Below are positions 12,216-26,367 of a stretch of DNA of 64,000 nucleotides, piece after piece (within the stretch, counting starts at the first letter, position 1; each line of letters opens with the position of its first letter). A program made the translations under genes and the position numbers. The notes under the pieces were generated by a model. It did not search any database and was not told where the DNA came from. It saw only the letters and a list, made by a program, of their open reading frames with translations. Source of the DNA: the human T2T-CHM13v2.0 reference genome, Homo sapiens; NCBI RefSeq assembly GCF_009914755.1, contig NC_060928.1. The stretch is one strand, 5' to 3'.

Positions 12216-13297
12216 TTAAAGGATTTGAATAGATATGTTTCCAAAGAAGACATACAAATGGCCAAAAGATATATGAAAAGATGGTCAATATCACTAATCA
12301 TCTGAAAAATGCAAATCACAATCATAATGAGATCTCATCTTAAGCCTGTTAAGATAACTATTATTAAAAAAGGAAATGAAAAAAAGATAAATGTTGGAGA
12401 TGATGAAATTATATCCCTTGTACTTTGTTGGTGGGAAAGCAAAATGCTGTAGCTGCTGTGAAAAGCAGTATGAAGATTCTTCGGGCCGGGTGCAGTGGCT
12501 CACGTCTGTAATACTAACGCTTTGGTAGGCTGGGTAGGCAGATAACTTGAGCTCAGGAGTTTCACCTGGACAACATGGTGAAACTTTGTCTCTACTAAAA
12601 ATAGAAAAAAAATAGCTGGGTGTGGTATTGGGAGGCTGAGGTGGGAGGATTGCTTGAGCCTGGGAGGGAGAGGTTGCAGTGAGCTGGGATCATGCCAGTG
12701 CACCCCAGCCTGGGGGACAGAGCAAGACTCTGTCTCCAAAAAAAATTGTTCAAATAATTAAAAATGGACTTATCCTTAGATCCAGCAATTCTACCTCTGG
12801 GTATTTATCCAAAATAATTGAAAGCAGGATCTTGAAAAAAATATCTGCACTCCTATGTTCATTGCAGCATCATTCACAATAACCAAGATATGGAAACAAC
12901 CTAATTGTACATGTGATACATATACAAATGGAATGCTATTCAGCCTTAAAAATAAGGAAATCCTGCCATTTGTGACAACATGTATATACCTGGAGGAAAT
13001 TATGCTAAATAAAATAAACTAGACAAAGAAAGGCAAATACTGCATGAATTCATCTGTATGTGGAATCCGAAAGAGTCAAACTCGTAGAAGCAGAGAATAG
13101 AATGGTGGCTGCTGGGAGGGAGGAGTGAGGAGTTATTGTTGAGCAGGTATAAAGTTTTACTCACAAATGATGAATAAGTCCTAGAGATCTGCTGTGCATC
13201 ATAGCACCTATAGATAACAACACAGTATTTACACTTAAAAATGTATTAAGAGAGTAGTTCCCATGTTAAGTGTTCTTAACACAATAGTAAAAAAAAT
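12216..13297 (+). mobile_element. L1MB 3' end (ORF2 C-terminus, 3'UTR and A tail), interrupted by AluJ
   Basis: SKEDIQMAKRYMKRWSISLII; 3'UTR ending atgttaagtgttcttaacacaatagtaaaaaaaa. Confidence 0.9.
12484..12746 (+). mobile_element. AluJ with internal deletions
   Basis: J-type ggaggattgcttgagcctggga; two short deletions relative to consensus. Confidence 0.9.
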
Positions 13298-13314
13298 AGG
13301 CAACAATGTCTAGT

Positions 13315-13378
13315 TCAGGAGTGAATAAATCTGATCCATGACTCGGTTTTGTAAATAAAGTTTTATTGGGACATACAG
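13315..13378 (+). mobile_element. MER58-like hAT fragment
   Basis: ttttgtaaataaagttttattggga. Confidence 0.55.
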
Positions 13379-14684
13379 GATTGCCAAAAGAAGATATGTT
13401 CTAAAAATAACTGATGTCTCACCTTGATATTTTCCCCAATTAATACTATCCCCTGACAAACTGGCCTTGGGCTTCAGTTTGTTCCATAGATATGAAAAGT
13501 GACCTCATTTATTTATAACGTACTTTCTCAATCTGGGGAAGAAAGGGAAGTAATTGGATTTATAATGATTCATAAGATCATTGGAAGGTTTGCAATTATC
13601 TTCTGTTTCTTATTTCAATCAAGGTAAATAAATTGAGTCTAGATAGGTGAATGTCTTTATACTGCTTACTAACCTGGCATTAATGATCTATTGGGAAAGT
13701 TAATTTGGGTTGCAAATAATGAGCTTATTTAGCAGGCTTTTTGGTCAACCTGTTTCTTTCATTATTTCATCCTCTGCATTATTTGGGAAACAGTGAATAA
13801 TTGAGAAATGATGTCAACAATGCATTCACCACGTGGGGCTGGTGAGGCATGATAAGGAAGGAGGGTGAACAATGTCCAAGCCATCAGGACCCTGGTCAGA
13901 CATCTCCTAAGGGGCCCCAGCAAGGCTGTGAAATCATCTCCCTAGCCCCAGAAAAAGATTCTGGCACCAACAGCACTTGAGCTGAAGAATCAAAAGGTGT
14001 CGATTCCAATACAATAAAAGGAGCCAACTTGGAAATCTTGACAGGTAATGAGATACTCACCTCCGCCAAGGTGAACAGATGGCCTCCTTCAGAGGACACA
14101 GCACAATTGTCACCAAAAACAGAGCCTCAGACTGTGTGAAAAGAAAGTGGCTCTCCAACCCTGGTTCCCTGGGAAAACAGGATGGCTCATGTTTGAGATG
14201 AGAGGAAGGGAGGGGAAACATGAGAAAGAGAGATTGTTTGCAGAAATGGATAGCTGGGGAGATAACCCTCTCTTTGGTCTAGGTTTTCTAAGAAGTGGTG
14301 TCATTGTGTATTCACTGCTGAAATGAAAAGACCGTCACACCTGGCAGAAATACAGGGATTTGGGGATTTAAAGAAAGAACATCAGAATAATGTGTGTTTG
14401 TTTTGTTCCTAACATATGAAGTATCCAAATCCTTTCTGGGTCTTGACACATAAAATTAGTTACATATGTATTTTTTCCCTATCAAATGACTACAAATATA
14501 ATTAAATCTACATTTTGTTTTAATCCTCTTCAGAATCGGACTTTATCCCAACAGATTGCTTTGAAAAAAACACTATTGAATAGACGAGTCATGGGATCTT
14601 GGATAAAACAGTGATAAAAGGATCTAAAATTTCCACACAGGAGGATTCCAGACTCAGGAGTACCTGAGACTTGACATCTTCATC

Positions 14685-15294
<610 letters not shown>

Positions 15295-17151
15295 AACAAC
15301 TTCATCCTTTTTGAGGGCTCCTCTTGCTGCTCCTCTTAGGAAGCCAGGCTGGTCATATTTCACCAATGAGTGCCATGCACTGTATTCGTGCCTGCAAATT
15401 CAGGAGTGGTGGCTGAATGTGGCCCATCCTAATGTATTTAGGATGGTAACTGCTACAGTGTGGTAAGACACTCTACCCCAGGGTCCTTGTTGAGGGATTT
15501 CTCCTAAGCAAACATCATATTTCCAGTTTTTCCTCTCCTCATACTCCTTGGGGAGGGGAATGGGGGTGGTAGGCTGAATTACTTAATTGGTAAATTTGGG
15601 AAGAATCACCTGGGGTTGGTTAGCTTTGACCTCTGCTTTCCTCTTAGGAGCTGGCTGCCCCTAGAGAGCATGGACTCTCTTCTGCTGCTCATGCTGCAGC
15701 ACTTGCTTGGCCAAGCTGCTCTGCTGTGCTGCAGGGAATAGATGGGTCAATCTGCCACTGAATCCTGAAGCTCAGAATGTGAGCTTGGCTCATCCTTGAA
15801 GCTACATCCTTCAGGATGGCCTCAATAGTTAATGAAGGTGATAACTGAACATTAAAAAAAACACACATTATTTCCCAAACTATTTTAACACAGGCAAGGA
15901 GGAAAATATATTTATTTATTTTTTAAATTAATAAACCTCTTTTTTAAAAACCCCAGCAGTAATCAACAGTAATGTAAGTACTATCTGAAGGAAAACTCAA
16001 GGGGGAAGAGCTTATATTTTTAGAGACCCTGCTACATACCTGGTACTCAGTATCCATACGCTATCTCAACTAGCCCTCACTATGTCCTATAAAGTAGGTT
16101 AGGAAAGCAAGGACATGTACCACTGGCTGACATGACTGATCCCAATTACCAAGGGGAAGACGGGTTGCTGCTCCACAATGGAGAGTCAGGGCTGTGTCTA
16201 GTGCCCTGGGGATTCCCTAATGCTCCTCTCTGTATTTCCATGTCTAATAGTTGAGGATGCAGACCCTTCAAAAATGAGAGTGTGGCTCACTCTACAAGAT
16301 AAAAAACAAAACAGAACAAAAACCAAACAAGCAAACAACAACAACAACGATACACACACACACACAAAAAAAACCACACTGAGTAGCTGAGGTCCTGGCT
16401 GAGAGCAAAGGAAACTTGGAAAGGCTGATGGAAAAAAAAAGTTGTCAATACCCACTGTAACTTTGTGACCAGTTACAGAAACAAAGGCTTTAGAAACTAG
16501 GCATGTTTTATTCCTTGCTTGTGTGCGTGTGTTCATGAGAAAGTGTATACTCACACACACACGCATATCTCTGCACACACATTTATATATACATATAGAG
16601 ACATATTGGCATATGTAACCTCATATTACATCTCTCTCCTCTTCCACCTCATTATTTTATACACATTTTATTGGAGATTAAATTTGTCATTTTAGTTATT
16701 TAACCAAATTAATTGGATGCTAACACAATGGACTCTTTAGGCAAGAAATATTCAGATGAGGCCAGGATTGCATTATTTCCCTAGCTTTTCTCTCTGGACC
16801 CTACTCACCTAGAAGTTCTTCCCAACTGGAATACACTCCCCATCAAGTCTTTGCACTGCATTCTCAATAGTGCCTATGAAGATCAGGTACTCAAGGAATT
16901 TTGGCCAGAAGTAAGGAAAGGAGAAAGAAAGGGAGAAAAAGAAGGAAGAGGGAAAGGGAGAAGAAAGAAAAAAACAGTTTATAGACAGAAAATAACAATA
17001 GAATATAAATTTTGTAATGTTGTTTGAATGCACAGGATACTATAGACCTATCAACATAAAGAGAAAATGTCAGTTTATCTCTAACATGACATTCATAAAT
17101 TCTGAGAAGTTACCACCACCTCATTATGTCTTTCTTTTGCTCCCCTTATTT

Positions 17152-17630
17152 TCACTTTTCTTTTTATTTTATTGTATATATTTAAGTTCTACAAAACATG
17201 ATGTTTTGATGTACATAAATAGAGTGAAATTATTATAACCAAGAAAGTTAACGTATCCGTCATTACACATAATGTGTGTGTGTTTGTGTTAAAAAGAGAA
17301 ATCTACTGTTTTAGCAAATTTCCAGTGTACAATAGGATATTATTAACTATAGTCTTCATGCGATACCTTAGATCTCTAGGCTTCTTTCTCCTCATAACTG
17401 CAACTTTGTATTCCTTGTACTATCTCTCCACAGCCCATCTCTCACCCTTGGTAATCACCTTTCTACTCTGCTCTCAACTTTTGTTTACATTCCAGATAAA
17501 TGAGATCATGCAGTATCTTTCTTTCTGTCTGGTTTATTCCACTTAGCATAATGTCCTCCAGTTTCATTTATGTCCCCCCAAATGATAGGATCTTCTTTTA
17601 TATTTAAGGCTGAATAACACTTCATTGTAT
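17152..17630 (-). mobile_element. L1MA (MA8/9-like) 3' end
   Basis: attgtatatatttaag...aaatctact...ttagcaaatttccagtgtacaata...tgagatcatgcagtat. Confidence 0.85.
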
Positions 17631-19099
17631 TTTTTGCATATTATCTCTCTCATTCTCTTGAGAGTAATTGGACCTTTTCATTCCCTTCTTCGAATTTCAA
17701 ACTGTCTTTCACATTGTCTCTTCTTTTTGTCTAGGCACCCCAGGATATCACCTACTGCACTCCAAGTAGTTTTCTTCTATTTATTTGCCAGTTTCTACAT
17801 TCGTCTCTGTTAAATTGGCTGTTTAAACCATCACTCAAAATCGGTTTTGGTTATTATTTCAATGATTGCATTTTTCATTTTTGTTTCTATTTAGTTATTT
17901 TAATGTATACATTAGTGTTCTCTTTCAGCAATGTTTGTATTTCATAGGTTATCCAATAGTTCTACTCTCTAAAGTTTGGGGAATTTAATTCTGTCGAAGT
18001 TTTTGCTGGGTCTGCACTTTGTCTCCTTGACTGGAATATAAGTTCCTCTGAGGAATTTTTTTTTTTTTAATTTTTTCTTCTTTGCTGTTATCCTAGTGCC
18101 AAGATCAATGCCTGGCACAGAATTGGTCTTGATAAGCATTTGTTGAAATGCTAAAAATTGGACTATTTCTTGGTGGATTTTGTACTTTTGTGATGTGAAC
18201 CCACATTCAGCTGGATATTACATGTGGTCTCTTGAGTGGCCTTGGTAAGGATATGCATTGAATTTGCCGTTGCCAGACACCCCAGAGTATCACCAGCCTG
18301 GGACCACATTTTGGTCTAATTTATTAGCTGAAGGAGCTAGTATAAATTTAATTCTCAAACATCCACAAGAGCAGAGTTATAGCAAAAAATCTCAGGTGAG
18401 ATTTTTTTCTTCTATATACAGTCCTGGCCAAAATAAAAGATAGACAAGGATGTTTTTAAGTCAATTTTAAGTGTGAGGACAGATATGATGTCAATTAATT
18501 GTGGCAAAGCCATTTGAGGGTCTTGGCTTTATGTTTGAGTCCCAGCCCCAATGTCTTTCTTTGCTGAGACTTCAAAACAACTTCTCAACTCTTCTTTCCT
18601 CTCTGTCCCATCAGAGAGCTGAGCCCCACACCTGCAACCCTGTTTTTTAATTCTTTATTTTTTGTCTGTGGTTTACTTTCTTAAGGGCTCAGCTATATGT
18701 TTAAAGACTGCTTGTTAAGATCTGCTCAGTATTTCTGAATGATATTACTAAGTGGGATGTCAGTTTCATGCATTATATTCCTAGACATATAGTGTTCTTT
18801 GCTCAAGTCTTTTTCATTAGAAGTTATTATTGTACTTAAAATTTATTTTTATCAAAGTTATACATAGTAGGCTTTTAAAGAAAAGAGAATTCCCATGCTC
18901 TCATACCTCCCTATTCTCAATTACTATTCTCCAAAGGCAATACTTTAATCTATTTTAGCTGTTTCTTCTGGCATTTATCTCCATAGTTCTAAGCACAAGT
19001 ATTTTTGCTGTGATGGCAAATATATTACCAAAAAAGGCTGAGAGTTCCAGAAGTTGAGGGCTAAAAATAACAGATTTATGAGCAAACTAGGGTTGAGGG

Positions 19100-20091
19100 C
19101 AGACCACTCAAAACTTTGAAATGTGGAGCATCAACTACATATCAAACGTAATAAAATGAGTCACACAAATAAATCTCCAGTGTCATTTTCATCCAGCAAC
19201 ACAGTGCTTGGATCCTGTGCAGCCTACCACACTGGAGCTCTTATTCTCTTCTTCAAAATGTTAATACTTGGGGGCATCTGCTTCTAATAGAGACCAGTTT
19301 CATCAAAATTAAAAATCTTTCTCAAGGGGTAGACTTCATCATCAATCTTTTCCTAATACAGAGAGAAATGACCTTGTACGTTCTTCATCAACATCTCCTC
19401 AGCTTCCCCCTACACCTTCAGTTAATGGAAATTGTAGTAATTATTAAAGGCACTAAAATGTCACAATTTTTCCTGAAGGAAGGCACTTCAATAAAAGTTT
19501 TCATCTTTTTTTTTCTTAAGATCTTTGCATATTGCTAACGCTTTCCTCTTAAATTTTAAGAAAGTTTACCTTTGATAAATTCCAAATAACTACTGAAAAA
19601 AACTCTCCCATGGACCAACAGAATCTCTGCATATATGAGTGAAAAACACATACAAAGCAATTCTTATTCCAGAGACACATGTTGCAGGAGAACAGACTGG
19701 CCATGATTTGCTTTATGGCCTTTGATATTATCTATTGATATGCTACAGAGGGAGATGAAATACCATGTCCCTTCTTATCCTAAACATAGACCTCCACCAA
19801 CTCCATCTCTTTCATCAGCTCAACATAGTTTTAGCAGCTGTTTCACATAAAACAGTATTCAGCACTTACAGTCTTTAGCTTATGCAAACTTCATTACATT
19901 TTCTTTCCATATAGTTCACTTTTCTAAGCCCAAATTGTTTTGTTCCTTATATGCTTTTTTGAGAGAAAACAAATGAACTATTAATTTAACACCCAACATT
20001 ATGACAGACCGTACAACGTTTTTCGGGTATAATCAAATTCGGTAACATTTAGTGTAGCTTATCGCAATAGGAAGTAACCTGCGAGACTACT
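19100..20091 (-). mobile_element. Tigger (pogo-like) DNA transposon relic with transposase fragment
   Basis: Reverse strand at about 19263-19319 translates KIFNFDETGLY*KQMPPSI (Tigger FNxDETGLFWK motif); CAG-starting terminus at 20091. Confidence 0.75.
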
Positions 20092-20329
20092 GTTTGCTTG
20101 TCGGTTTTGGTTTTGTTTCTTGTGAGATATTCCCCATTGCACTCTCAGCCACTCTGCCACAGTCTGAGCGGTTGCCACCCAGACCTGCTGCACTGCCATT
20201 TTGGGGGGATCCCCCCTCACTGCTGGGATCCCCTTCACCTGTCCTCTGTGTGGCTATCTTATTTGGGGGAATTTGTCTTTTTTGGTTTATTATCTCCAAT
20301 GGATTCACTTTTTAAAATCCTGGGAGCTT

Positions 20330-21900
20330 AAATATTTGAGAACTTTAAAAATGCCTTCTACTATCACACTCAAAAGATAGGTTAGCTGGTTATAGAATTC
20401 CATTTCTGTCAGAATTTTAAAGTCATTGTACTATTGTTTCTAATATTGCTTTGGAGGAGTCTGATGCCATTCTGATTCCTAATTCTCTCTGTGTGTCTTC
20501 TACATTCTTTCTGAAAACTTTTAAGACATTGTCTAAATCTATTTTCTGAAATTTCACAATGATGTGCCTTCTTATAGATTTTCTTCCTTTTTGCAGGGAG
20601 AGAGGATGTGGTAAGCTGTTTTAAATATTAAAGTATATACCATTTAATTTTAGGTGTTTTCTGATTTTCTCCTTAGAAAACTTCTTCCTTCTATTTTTCT
20701 CTGCTTCTTCTTCCCAGAACTTATGCTAATCAGTTGTAGAAGCTCTTGAAACCATCTAAATTTCTAAACTTTTCTTCACCATTTTTCATCTTATTATCTT
20801 TTTGCTATGCTTTTAGGCAATTTTCTTTAACCTTATTTCTTAGCCAGTTTATTGAAAATTTTAATTGCTGCTATTAACATTTCAGTTTCCTATATAATTT
20901 TTTCTTTGAATGTTCATATTTTTACAGCTTCCTGATCTTGTTTCATATGCAGTATCTTATTTTATCTAAGAATCCAAATGATAGATTTTTATGCTGCTTA
21001 CATGTTTCTGCTTTCATCAAATTCATTTTTTTAAAACTGTGTTTCTTATTATGACATCGTTCTTTGATCTTAGAGTCTTCCTTCAAATGTCTGTTGACTC
21101 TTATTCTTGTTTAAAGTGAAGAGTTCAAAATTTTGATGGAAAGCTCTTCATGCCCGTGCCTACTGTTGACTGGAACACTGCAGCCAATTAATCAGGCCAA
21201 CATTACCATTTCACTACTGGCCTTCCAAGTGGTAACATCCATAGAAATTTATCTTCTCTCGGTCTATTTCTTCAAGCAACAATCGTCTAATGTTCTGCCA
21301 CAGTGGTAGGAGCCTGACTGTAAGTGTTCTCTGAGATGAGCAAGGTCAGGAGCCTGAGCATCTCTTTTCTTTTTCCGTTGACTTCCTCCTAATCCCCTTA
21401 TTTCCATCCGGACCTCCCTCCTGCTCTCAGCTGTACGTAATGGCACCTTCTCCAAAGAGAAAGTCTTCTGTCAGTTGCCTCACTACACTTGTCGGCAGGT
21501 GAACTGGGGCATGCAATTGCTCCTTGTGTAGTCTTTTAAACAGTCTTCCTACTTTATCCCCAAGAAAAGTCCCATCATTTAAGGCACATGGAGCCTCCAG
21601 TTTATGAAACATTTCATTTGGAGTTTAGCTTGTTTCCTGTTGCGTCTCTCCTTGCTTCTCCCCCAACATCAGTTCCACTGTGTTGGCTCTCAGTCTTCTC
21701 AGCTTTGCCAAGTCAGCTGCCACCAACCCATGTGAGTTGCCACTTCCAAAATTTTGTTGATATCCCTCAACTGCTGCTTCTATTGTGTGCTCTTTTAATT
21801 TGGGGTTTACATTCCTCTGCCATCACTTATTGCAGCTTCTGGGGAGAGTAAGCAGGCTTTTACATGTTGAATTCATCTTGTTGAGCTTGAAGTCTTGGTT
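20330..21900 (-). mobile_element. Old L1M/HAL1-type fragments (ORF1/5' region)
   Basis: T-rich; gctggttatagaatt...gaggagtctgatgccattctgattcc...tctgaaatttcacaatgatgtgcct. Confidence 0.6.
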
Positions 21901-23189
21901 TGCATCTTGAATGATGATCATTAAGAAATCAGAAACAAGAGTAAATACTCCATTTTGTACCCATCCATCTGATCTGACACTCTAGGACTACTCTTCTGTC
22001 TCCATCAAATTTCTTTTGACGATATTTGATCTCCTTTGTTGGTGTAACACCCAGGTTTTACAAATATATACAACACCCTTCTACTCACAGACATCATTAC
22101 AAGTAGCACCTTCTCTGGGCATGTCCTAGCATTGTGGAGGGGAAGCAGTGCCTACAGAACGCTGATCATTTCTTTCTATTTTTTGCCCTCTTGCTAATAT
22201 TTTCTTTATTTTTCTTGACTTTATTATTATTTTTTTTAGCCAAAAAATGTCACCTGGTCAACTTTAGCATGAGTTTTCTCCCTACCCAACCTACAATGAG
22301 TAGCCAGTATGGCAATTTTGTGCCAATTATACAAAAGCACTACTTCCTCAAGTCATGTTATTCCATTCTGCCTATAAACTACATTACAACTCTACACATC
22401 AACAATGACTACCAGGTAAACGAAGCCACAGAGGTTGTGCAATACATAATTTGTACTGTAAGCAGCAACCCTGACCCTACTCAACTTAACAGCTCTTATT
22501 ATAAGACTTCATAAATAGAGTGTGGCTTTTCTATCTTCCAGTTTCCTTCTACTGAGGAGCTTAGGACAAGAGCACATTGGAGCAGATTTTCTATTTGTTT
22601 CTGCTGATTACAGCCTGGGATTCGGCATAAGTACAAAGCACCTCATTTACTTTTATCTTAATAGCAGGTTGGCATTTAGCTCATGAGGGCCAGGTTAATG
22701 CCTTTAGAAGTCTTAACACTGTAATATGATGTATCCACCTTTCTCATGGGTAATTTAAATAATAATCATATTAAATTGTAAAGTAAGTATAAGAAAGTCC
22801 AGAAAAGTCCTCCTTTATATTGTGAACACTGCTTTTTTTTTTTCTTTTTAAAGGAAAGAGTGCCCTGCCCCTACCCCTTCTTTCCATCCTGAATAAATAC
22901 TACTGGTGACCTCCTGAAGTACTCAAGGTCAGCTTATACCTTTGGTTTCAATCTTTTCCCCAAAGGGACTCTGTTCTTTCTTCCAATTTCCAGGTCATCA
23001 TCCTATATAGGTGAAATGATCAGATTTGTTTTTCCTAGTATTATTATAGCTCAGATTTGCAGAGTGAATGCTCTTATTTTTTTCTCCAACTTTGCATCAG
23101 TCACCAAGGCCTAGAAGGAATTTTATGCTCCTTGGATATAAATATTTTTACTTGTATCTTATAGTTATTTTAATATCATTTTTTACTTT

Positions 23190-23390
23190 TCTAACATTTA
23201 TTAAGTGTCTAAAATATACTAGGTTCCACATAGGCTGCTTATACTTATTATATTATTTAATCTTCAAAATTATCCCTCAAAAGAGAGACGAAAGAACTGA
23301 GGTTTCCTCTAAGGTATGTAAGATCAGTCAAATACCTTTCACAATATTCATGGGGCTAGTAAGTAGTATTCTTGAAACCTGGTCTGTCCT
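23190..23390 (-). mobile_element. MIR
   Basis: aacatttattaagtg...aactgaggt...gaaacctggtctgtc. Confidence 0.6.
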
Positions 23391-23520
23391 CTTCCATGAC
23401 ATTAAAATGGGACCTTGTTAAACTTTTAGATCACTCATTTACAAAATGAGAAGCATGAATGAGATTATAATAAAGATTGATGATAATATCATCAGTAACA
23501 AGAAGGTGGTATTTATTGAC

Positions 23521-23844
23521 TCTGTCTATCTGTCTATCTATCTATCTATTCATCTATCTATCTATGAGACAAGGTCCTGTTCTATCATCCAAGCTGGAGT
23601 GTAGTGGTGATCATAAATCACTGTAGCTTCAGACTCCTGTGCTCAAGCAATCTTCCTCCTTCAGCCACCTGGATAGCTAGGACTACAGGTGCGGGCCACC
23701 ACACCCAGCTAATTTTCATCTTTTTTGTAGAGATAGGGTCTCACTATATTGTCCAGCTTGGTCTCAAACTCCTGGCCTCAAGTAATCCTCCTGCCACAGC
23801 CTCCCAAATTGCTGGGATTACAGGCATGAGACAACCTGCCCAGC
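23521..23844 (-). mobile_element. AluJ with a (TCTA)n-converted tail
   Basis: (TCTA)n at 23521-23565 directly abuts the reversed Alu body. Confidence 0.9.
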
Positions 23845-25125
23845 AGACACTATGTATTTGTTACACATTCCCTCTAACTTTCCCAAGAATACTTCATGGA
23901 AAGCAATAATATCCCTATTTTACAGAAGAGTAGGCAAAGTTCATTTTTGAGTCCTCTTCTATATCCATAGCCTCCTAATTTATTTTAATAAGCCTTAAAA
24001 TGAATACTGTAGAATAGTATGAAATATATAGACTACTATAAAACAATCAAATGTAAATTCTACAGATAGTACAGATGGAGAGAGGTTTATGATGGCCGTG
24101 AAGGCTTTGGTAAGAGGAAGATATTTAGAAATGGGAAGAAACAGTTGGGACTTGAATGCATAAGCATGTATTTTATGAGGCATAAAGACAAGATTTCTTA
24201 ACACCGAGGTCTATATAGAGTTAATTAATGTATACTCAGAGGAAAGGGCCCTCAAAAATTAATAGAATATTAAAATTATCTCACTATTGAGCTATGTTCT
24301 TCAAGCTAGTATCTCTCCATTTTCAGGTTTGCTTCGAAGGAATTCAGTGCATAAAATTTTAAATGCCAAATTCTTTCTAGAAACTTTGTACTAGTTCTGT
24401 ATGCATGTCTATCTTGTGATCCATTTCACGATTAGTCTAGTAGTTAATGATAGCATCTGAAAGTGCTGATATGAAACATGAAATTTCTTTTTGTAACACC
24501 TCATCAGGTGTTTAGGACAAGTCTACAGGGAAGAAATTAATTATCTCTGCAGCTCGTGACACTTATAAAAAAGAAACACTTCAGGAAGAGTATTTAATTC
24601 CTTCTCTTGGTAATTTATGGGAGACCCTTAAAGACCTCTGAATCAACTGAGTTGGATGAAAGAAAACTCTTCTGTATATATATATATATATATTTTTTTT
24701 TAGTACACCATTCTGCAAGTTCTCCCATGAATCGATTTTTATGGAATGTAGCCTTTGATAGTGTATTACCCATCACTCTCAACACACATACATGCATGCG
24801 CACCTTTTTAGAGCTTTGTTAGCAGTCTTAAGAAATTATCAAAATAAAATGCAATTAACAGGGCAAAGCATATCATAAGCATACTAGGTTTAGCATGCGT
24901 GGATTCTGTAATTATCCATTCTTCTCAAATTTCCCAAATTAGGATGTAGAATTAGTCTAAATTAACAGCTAAATAGGGAAAGCCACTTGTTGGATCATGG
25001 CATAGTACCATCTCTGGGTATCTAAGAATCTATGGTGCATTCTTAGGTGGGTGTGGTCTCCTTGTTTTAATTTAAAATCTTCAACATGTTTTCTTCAGAT
25101 TAAATAAAAAATATCCCCTGTGTCT

Positions 25126-25680
25126 TATATTAGTCATGGTTCTTTAGAGGGAGAGAACTAATAGGATATATGTATATAAGAAAGGGAGTTTATTAAGGAG
25201 AAATTGACTCACATGATCACAAGGTAAAGTGCCGTGATAGGCCATCTGCAAATTGAGGAGGAAGGAAGCCAGTGTTGGATCAGTCTGAGTCCCACAACCT
25301 CAAAAGTAGGGAAGCTGACAGTGCAGCCTTCAGTCTGTGGCCAAAGGCCCGAGAGCCCCTGGCAAATTGCCGGTGTAAGTCCAAGAGTTCACAAGGTGAA
25401 AAACCTGGAGTCTGATGTTCAAGGGCAAGAAGCACCCAGCACAGGGTGGAAGGCTGGAAGACTAAGCAAGTCTGCTCTCCCGTCTTCTCCTGCCTGCTTT
25501 GTTTTAGTCCCACTGGCAGCTGATTAGATGGTGCTTACCCAGATTGAGGGTGCATCTGCCCTTCCCAGTTCACTGACTCAAAGGTTAGTCTCCTTTGGCA
25601 ACACCCTCACAGACACATCCAGGAACAACACTTTGCTTCCTTCAATCCAATCAAGTTGACAGTCAATATTAACCATCACA
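25126..25680 (-). mobile_element. MLT2A (HERV-L) solo LTR
   Basis: tatattagtc...gaactaatagga...ttcaatccaatcaagttgac...aaccatcaca; exact 5-bp TSD TGTCT at 25121-25125 and 25681-25685. Confidence 0.93.
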
Positions 25681-25935
25681 TGTCTGTTTTGCATAAAACT
25701 TTATTTTCTTCCTCTTTGATATGCTTTTATTTTCTGCTTTTTGATGATTTTTTTTTTACCATTAGTAACTGAAGACCCACTTCTACCTTTCAGAGACTTT
25801 GTAATCATGCACCCATCTATTGCCTCCGATAGTACCTGAGTGATCTTGATTTCCTATGAATGCCAAGGCATAGAGCTGTCCTCCCATAGGATAAATGCCC
25901 TCCCTCTCTCATTCCTTTGGAACAAAAAAGCACCC

Positions 25936-26367
25936 TGTGTTAGCTTACTGTGGCTGTGATAATAAAATGCTAAAAACTGGGTGTCTTAAAAAGTAGAAAT
26001 TTATCTTCTCACAGTTCTGGAGGCCAGAAGTCCAAGATCAAGGTGTCAGCAGGCTTACTTTCTTTTGAGTCTTCTGTCCTTGGTTTGCAGATGGCTGCCT
26101 TCTCCCTGTGTCCCTCCCTGGCCATCTTCTCCTTGTGTCCCTCTTGTAGATGGCCATCTTCTCCCTGTGCCTATATGTGTCAATGTCCTAATCTCCTCTT
26201 TGTATTAGGACATCAGTCTTATTGAATTAGGACCCTACCCACACAACCTCCTTTTACCCTAGTTACCTCTTTAAAGGCACTATCTCCAAATGCAGTCAGA
26301 TTATGAGGACCTGGAAGTTAGAATTTCGACACATAAATTTTGAGAGAAAACAACTTAGCCTATAATA
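25936..26367 (-). mobile_element. MLT1B-like MaLR LTR
   Basis: agaaatttatcttctcacagttctggaggccagaagtccaagatcaaggtgtcagcagg. Confidence 0.88.
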
